The notes beneath the pieces were generated by a model. The model saw only the letters and a list, made by a program, of their open reading frames with translations, was not told the DNA's origin and did no database searches. A stretch of DNA of 64,000 bases from contig CBDCOX010000002.1 of NCBI GenBank assembly GCA_965219995.1, positions 3,680,001-3,744,000 on the forward strand, read 5' to 3'. The DNA is from Candidatus Latescibacterota bacterium. Its GTDB lineage: Bacteria; Latescibacterota; UBA2968; GCA-2709665. This document shows, piece by piece, positions 59,053-64,000 of the stretch. Position numbers and translations under genes: made by a program. Positions within the stretch are counted from its first letter, which is position 1; each line of letters starts with the position of its first letter.

Positions 59053-59430
59053 GCGGTGAGACTTAAGACAGTAGTGGAAAAACCTGAAAGCGGTGAGACG
59101 GGAGAGGGTAGACGGGAGAGGAAGCGATACGCTGTTTCCGGTTTGTTCAGAGCATCCCGATAGGGCGCCCGTCGGCGGAAAAACCCCCCACCCCCAGACC
59201 TTTAGCGCCTTCGTTCGACTGTAGGGGCAACCCTTGTGGTTGCCCGCCTTTCGGTTGTTTCCTGGCTTCTTTGTGCCTTCGTGTGAGGCCTTTCTGTGTT
59301 ACCGGAGGCTGGGAATTTGTGGAGATGTGTATTTTGAATTCGATCTTGCTTCAAGCTGACAGCTGTACGCTGACGGCTGCCCTCTGCTCCCCCTCTCCCC
59401 GTGGGAGAGGGGGCCGGGGGGAGAGGTCGC
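59053..59430. repeat. stack of different short repeats (heptamer arms, REP, 9-mers, GCTGAC units, CCCCTCTCCC hairpin)
   Basis: Each motif recurs elsewhere in the window (761-783, 51915, 53010, 48193). Confidence 0.8.
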
Positions 59431-59436
59431 GTAAAA

Positions 59437-59688
59437 GCGGGTAGAGGGTAGAGGGTAGACGGTAGAGGACGTATTTGCCCGATTGGTTTTTCCTTTGTGC
59501 CTCCGGCGAGAAATGAAACCGCACGGGGCAATAGAAGCGGTGAGACGCAAGAGGGTAGACGGTAGATGAAGACATTTACAGCAGTGTTTCCACACAAACC
59601 GTGCCTGCTAATTTACCGTTGTCGTAACGACCAAAAAAAACCAAAGGGCACTCACGGAATCTCCCGTCTCCCGTCTAACGTCTACCCG
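59437..59688. repeat. heptamer-arm mosaic element, copy C
   Basis: arm-S1-arm-S2-arm' as in copies A and B. Confidence 0.9.
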
Positions 59689-59740
59689 ATTCAAGCTCAC
59701 CAATCCAAGCTGAAAGCTCTTTTGTACGACTGAAGATATA

Positions 59741-61234
59741 TCATTTTTCGATTCTGTCGAACAACGCCTTGACCTCCGCCTCCTTCTCCTCGCTGCGTTT
59801 GCTGATGTATCCCTCGCCGAAGTAGATGACCAGCGCGACCAGGATTTCGACCCCCGTGTAGATCTCGAATCTGTCCGTGAACTGAATCATGATGAAATAG
59901 GTTGTCACGCCGCCGATAAACGACAGGATCGCCCCACGCGCAGTCGGGCGTTTCCATATCATTCCGAACATCAGCGGGATCGCGATGGGCGACAGGAGGC
60001 CGCCGAACAGCTTCACCGTGAGGGAGAATACCTTGTTCATGCCCTGACTCTGGGAAATCACGATCGCTGTCACCAGAACCGCGATGCCGAAAATCGCCGT
60101 GATGGTCATGCCGGCCCTGAACAAAGTCCTGTCGTCGATCTCACGCCTGAAATTGCGCTGGTAGAAGTCCTTCGTGAACACGGCGGCGAGCGCGTTGATG
60201 TCGCTGTCGATCATGGACATGGTGGCGGCAAACATGGAGCAGACGAGCAGTCCGATCAGGCCCGGCGCCAGCGCCGAAAGAATCTTCTGCGTGACGAGGA
60301 TGTACGTCTGGTCCAGATCGAAACCGGCCAGCGGCTGCAGCGTAACCGGATCGAAATGTTCGGGCATCAGCAGCGGCGCGGCCCACGCGGGGACGAAAAT
60401 GACGATGGGATAGAACAGATAGAGAATCGCCGACAGGAGCGCGGCCCTCTGGGCATCCCTCGGTTTTTCCACAGACACAAATCGCTGCGCCAGACCCCAG
60501 GTGCCCCCGTTGTAGCTGAAAATGATCACAACCACGTAGACCAGCCAGAAACTCACGCCGATCCCGCCCGCTTCATTGAAGAATCCGGCGCGTTCCCGCG
60601 GCAGGCTGTCCCACATCGCGTTCCAGCCGCCCACCATATCCAGCGCGATGAACAGCACGGCCAGGCTCATCACCAGTTGAACCACGAACTGCACCAGGTC
60701 CGTAAGCACGGTTGCCCACAGCCCGCCGATAAAAACGTAGGCGATGGTAATCAGACCCGACACGACGATGACGGGCAGGACCGCCCAGCCGGTCACCACG
60801 TGGACCACGATCGAGATCGCGAACAGCTTGATGCCGAGGTCGATAAATTTGATGAGGATCCCCGAAACCGCGATCAGTCCCCTCACGGAATTGCCGTAGC
60901 GTGCTTCCAGGTACTCCACCGGTGTCAGCACTTTCAACCGGGACCACCTCGGCGCCCACACGAGGCATCCGATCACCAGCGCCACGAAAACCCCGAGCGA
61001 GAACAGGGTCCACATACTGAATCCCGTGACCGCCGCGCGCCCGGCAAACCCCACGAACGCCACCGCGCTGTATCCCGACACGTGGTGCGAGATGGCCGCC
61101 ATCCACCAGGGCAACCCGTGCCCTGCCGCGAAGTACTGTTCCACATTCGCGGATTTCCGCTTCGCCAGAATGCCAATCCACGCCATCAACACCGCGTAAA
61201 CCGCGATGACGGCATAATCAACTTGTGTCAGCAT
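59741..61234 (-). CDS. sodium:solute symporter (SSS) family protein
   Basis: YFAAG..LPWW, TPVEYLEARYG, GGLWATVLTDLVQ, AQRF, FAATMS. Confidence 0.92.
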   Translation of the reverse strand: MLTQVDYAVIAVYAVLMAWIGILAKRKSANVEQYFAAGHGLPWWMAAISHHVSGYSAVAFVGFAGRAAVTGFSMWTLFSLGVFVALVIGCLVWAPRWSRLKVLTPVEYLEARYGNSVRGLIAVSGILIKFIDLGIKLFAISIVVHVVTGWAVLPVIVVSGLITIAYVFIGGLWATVLTDLVQFVVQLVMSLAVLFIALDMVGGWNAMWDSLPRERAGFFNEAGGIGVSFWLVYVVVIIFSYNGGTWGLAQRFVSVEKPRDAQRAALLSAILYLFYPIVIFVPAWAAPLLMPEHFDPVTLQPLAGFDLDQTYILVTQKILSALAPGLIGLLVCSMFAATMSMIDSDINALAAVFTKDFYQRNFRREIDDRTLFRAGMTITAIFGIAVLVTAIVISQSQGMNKVFSLTVKLFGGLLSPIAIPLMFGMIWKRPTARGAILSFIGGVTTYFIMIQFTDRFEIYTGVEILVALVIYFGEGYISKRSEEKEAEVKALFDRIEK

Positions 61235-61303
61235 AGACCCTTCCTGTAGGAACACCGGTTTAAAATACCAGTTTCATTATCAGTCCACCCTCGACGCGTC
61301 CGT

Positions 61304-63040
61304 TCACCAACCGATCGCATACGAGGTCGAACGCGGATCCGCGCCGCCGGCGCGTGTGCCCGTCTCGGGATTGACGGTAATTGCGCACACCCGGCTGACC
61401 CCTGAGCTCCATTCGTCCTCATCGTTGACGATGTGCCCGCGGCTTCGCAAATCGTCGCGCACGTGCGGTGCGATGCGGGCTTCGACCGTGACCTCCCCGG
61501 GCAATGATCCATGGGGCCAGAACGAATTCGGAAAACTGTGGCTGATGACACGCGGGGCGTCGATCGCTTCCTGCGGTTCCATTCCGAACTCGACGATATT
61601 CAGGAACACCTGCAACATCCCCTGCACCTGCGCATCCCCGCCGGGACAGCCGAAGGGCATAAACGGTTTTCCATCCTTGAGGACCATCGCGGGATTCGGG
61701 GTGAGACGCGGACGCTTCCACGGTTGCAGACAGGAGGGATGCGCCGGATCGAGCCACGTCTGCGTGCCCCGTCCCGATATCGGAAAACCCAGGCCCGGCA
61801 CGACCGGGGTCCAACCGACCACATCGGACGGGGTCGATGAGAAAGCGTTGCCCTTTTCGTCCACCACGCAGAGATAGCTGGTGTCGCTTTCCCAATGAGA
61901 CAGCCGCTCCGGTTGCGGGCGGTCCGGATCCAGCGTCGGGAAGGGACCGTTTTGCCCACGCGGTTCCGGATGGAATGGCCACGGATCGCCGGCGGCGGGC
62001 ATGTCGGCTGCGGCGCGTTTCGGGTCAATGGCAGCCCGTCTTCCAGCGGCAAAGCGTTCGTCGAGCAATCCCGCCAGCGGCACCTGCACGAAATCCGGGT
62101 CGCCGAAGTACGCCTCCCGATCGGCAAACACCAGTTTCATCCCCTCGACAAGTGAGTGGAGATAGTCCGCGGATTCGTGCCCCATCCTCTGTAAGTCAAC
62201 CCCTTCAAGGATCTTCAGCGCCATATTCAAGGTTGGCCCCTGGCACCACGGTCCGCAGGTATAGACGTCGTAGCCTTTGTAGGTGACGTGCGTCGACGGT
62301 TCGACCCGAACCGAAAACGCCGCAAGATCGTCGTATCTAAGCAGCCCGCCTTCCTGAACGTAAAATTCGGCGATTTCCCGGGCGATTTCACCCTTATAGA
62401 TCAGATCGCGCGCGGCTCTGATTCCCGCTTCCCGATCGCCCCCCGCCCCTCTTTCAGCGTCGATCATCCGCCGGAAGGTGTTTGCCAGATCCTTCTGGAA
62501 GAAAATCTCACCTATTTGTGGAATATGTCCACAGGGATTGAAAACGGCAGCCGTCGACGGCGCATCCCCCAGTGACCCACTGGCGAAGGCGTGGAATTGA
62601 CTGTCGACCGGGTGACCGTTTTCGGCCAGGTCCAGCGCGGGCTGGATGACCTGCTCGAAGTTCATGGTGCCATACCGCGCCAGCGCCGTCAACCACGCGT
62701 CGGGCGATGCCGGCGTAACGGTCCGAAGGATTCCTGGCGGAAGGTCGCCGCCGTGGTGATTCCGGAAGGTGTCGATGCTTGCCGCCCGTGGCCAGCGCCC
62801 GAGTCCGGTGATGGTTTCAACCGGCGCGCCCGATCCCGGGCAATAGATGATCGGCGCGACACCGCCGAAATGGGTGGATCCCGGCTGAAGCACATTGATG
62901 CAGATCCCGGTGGCGACCCCGGCATCGGCCGCGTTGCCGCCATTCTCGAGGATACGGACCCCGCCCATGGTTGCCAGATAATGCAACGATGAGACAACGT
63001 ACCGTTTCCCCAGAACCGACGGGCGATGACTTTCCGGCAT
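61304..63040 (-). CDS. ggt: gamma-glutamyltransferase family protein
   Basis: GGNAADAG, FADREAYFGDP, nucleophile DTSY, GCPGGDAQ, GGADPR. Confidence 0.9.
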   Translation of the reverse strand: MPESHRPSVLGKRYVVSSLHYLATMGGVRILENGGNAADAGVATGICINVLQPGSTHFGGVAPIIYCPGSGAPVETITGLGRWPRAASIDTFRNHHGGDLPPGILRTVTPASPDAWLTALARYGTMNFEQVIQPALDLAENGHPVDSQFHAFASGSLGDAPSTAAVFNPCGHIPQIGEIFFQKDLANTFRRMIDAERGAGGDREAGIRAARDLIYKGEIAREIAEFYVQEGGLLRYDDLAAFSVRVEPSTHVTYKGYDVYTCGPWCQGPTLNMALKILEGVDLQRMGHESADYLHSLVEGMKLVFADREAYFGDPDFVQVPLAGLLDERFAAGRRAAIDPKRAAADMPAAGDPWPFHPEPRGQNGPFPTLDPDRPQPERLSHWESDTSYLCVVDEKGNAFSSTPSDVVGWTPVVPGLGFPISGRGTQTWLDPAHPSCLQPWKRPRLTPNPAMVLKDGKPFMPFGCPGGDAQVQGMLQVFLNIVEFGMEPQEAIDAPRVISHSFPNSFWPHGSLPGEVTVEARIAPHVRDDLRSRGHIVNDEDEWSSGVSRVCAITVNPETGTRAGGADPRSTSYAIGW

Positions 63041-63149
63041 TTCGACTGTTCCTTCTTGGAGGAGGGAGCGTACGGTCATCAGACACTGCAGCAGCCAAGC
63101 TTATCAAAGCGGTCTTTAAGCCCACTGAGACGTGGTCACTGGGCATGCC

Positions 63150-63281
63150 TGCATTGAGCTTGTCGAAATGTCGAAGTGCCCGTGTTTCGGCACCTGTTCG
63201 GATCCATTGCACAGCCCTTCGCCGACCCTTCGACCCTTCGACAAGCTCAGGGCACCGCATGCTCAGGGAGCAGCTCAGGGC
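63150..63281. repeat. inverted TGAGCTTGTCGAA/TTCGACAAGCTCA repeat element
   Basis: Arms at ~63155 and ~63237 with GCTCAGGG reiterations; single arm also at ~28130. Confidence 0.75.
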
Positions 63282-63335
63282 GGGCCAAACGAAGTCCGGA
63301 GGGACTCGGCCCCTGGGCAGACGTTCCCGATCCAC

Positions 63336-64000
63336 TCAGAACACACACGGGATGAGGGCACGGCGATTCGGCGGATAGTCCGGGAAGCGTTCCAGGTACC
63401 AACGGTGATTGCTGCGAGCCCGTGGGACCAGATTGGCGATCGTATAGACGCAGAACGCGAGTCCGCCGAGCGACCACGTCGCGATCGCCCAGCCCGTCCA
63501 TTCCAGAATCTCACCGAGGTAGTTCGGGCAGGAGACGTACCGGAAGGCGCCGCGATCCGGCACGACATAATCTGTCCGTCCCTGTTTCCGCATCCTGAGC
63601 AGGATATTGTCGCCGTGGTGGTTCAGAATGATGCCGCCGACAAAAAACGACACGCCGATCAGGAAACACGGGTTGTACAGCCATGAAACACCGTACTCGG
63701 CGAGGTGGGAGACGAAACGGGCGTTGACGTAAGCGTTCAGTACATTGAAGACGAACCCCGATCCAGCAACAACAAGCGGCATTCTTCGCTTTGTCCGGGT
63801 CCGGAAGGGATAGATTAGCGTCCGGTTCAGGTAATGGCTCTGCCACATCGCCAGAAACACCAGCGACACGAGGCTGCCCTTCGAGCTCCCTTGCAGATGG
63901 ACGAACAGGAAGAAGAAGACCGCCGGACATTCCATGGCGATCCAGCCCGTCTTGCTGGAGACGGTGGGCCCCCAGCCATAGCCAGAATAGTGGCGTCCAT
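63336..64000 (-). CDS. 3-oxo-5-alpha-steroid 4-dehydrogenase (steroid 5-alpha-reductase-like), 5' end outside the window
   Basis: GRH..GWG, WIAMECPA, HYLNR, FRYVSCPNYLGEILEW, NLVPRA..NHRWY..F.DYP..R.ALIP. Confidence 0.9.
   Translation of the reverse strand, partial: GRHYSGYGWGPTVSSKTGWIAMECPAVFFFLFVHLQGSSKGSLVSLVFLAMWQSHYLNRTLIYPFRTRTKRRMPLVVAGSGFVFNVLNAYVNARFVSHLAEYGVSWLYNPCFLIGVSFFVGGIILNHHGDNILLRMRKQGRTDYVVPDRGAFRYVSCPNYLGEILEWTGWAIATWSLGGLAFCVYTIANLVPRARSNHRWYLERFPDYPPNRRALIPCVF

Overview
GC-rich bacterial DNA from a diderm (TonB receptor, TolC-type RND pump). The sup-type polyketide synthase and eukaryote-like sterol enzymes suggest a sponge symbiont; this is inference, and the taxon cannot be fixed from sequence alone. 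Main contents: (1) a dispersed sup cluster: NCS2-like permease supE, hydrolase supD, ACP supB, and a ~10.3-kb supA PKS split by one probable 1-nt indel; (2) DUF4377 lipoprotein, TonB receptor, ADP-ribosylglycohydrolase; (3) trpS followed by a heavily degenerate but open-frame TrpRS paralogue, each preceded by its own unannotated Trp-codon leader peptide and terminator; (4) hemB, heparinase II/III, an SSS symporter and an RND efflux operon; (5) a Rieske oxygenase / GPP34-P450 fusion / SDR cassette with an IS5 scar; (6) an AT-richer XRE + DUF4258-like islet; (7) a TetM-like GTPase, a NitT/TauT ABC operon with an enolase, a GGT-SSS-dipeptidase-transglutaminase run and a partial steroid 5-alpha-reductase. 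Intergenic DNA holds a modular repeat family in which heptamer arms flank a small set of reusable spacers, one of them seen in both orientations, plus several other short-repeat families. No rRNA, tRNA or CRISPR array was recognised. The best novelty candidates are the doubly attenuated TrpRS/pseudo-TrpRS pair, the modular heptamer-arm elements, the GPP34-P450 fusion and the permease-GHKL fusion. All calls were made by eye; no database searches were run.
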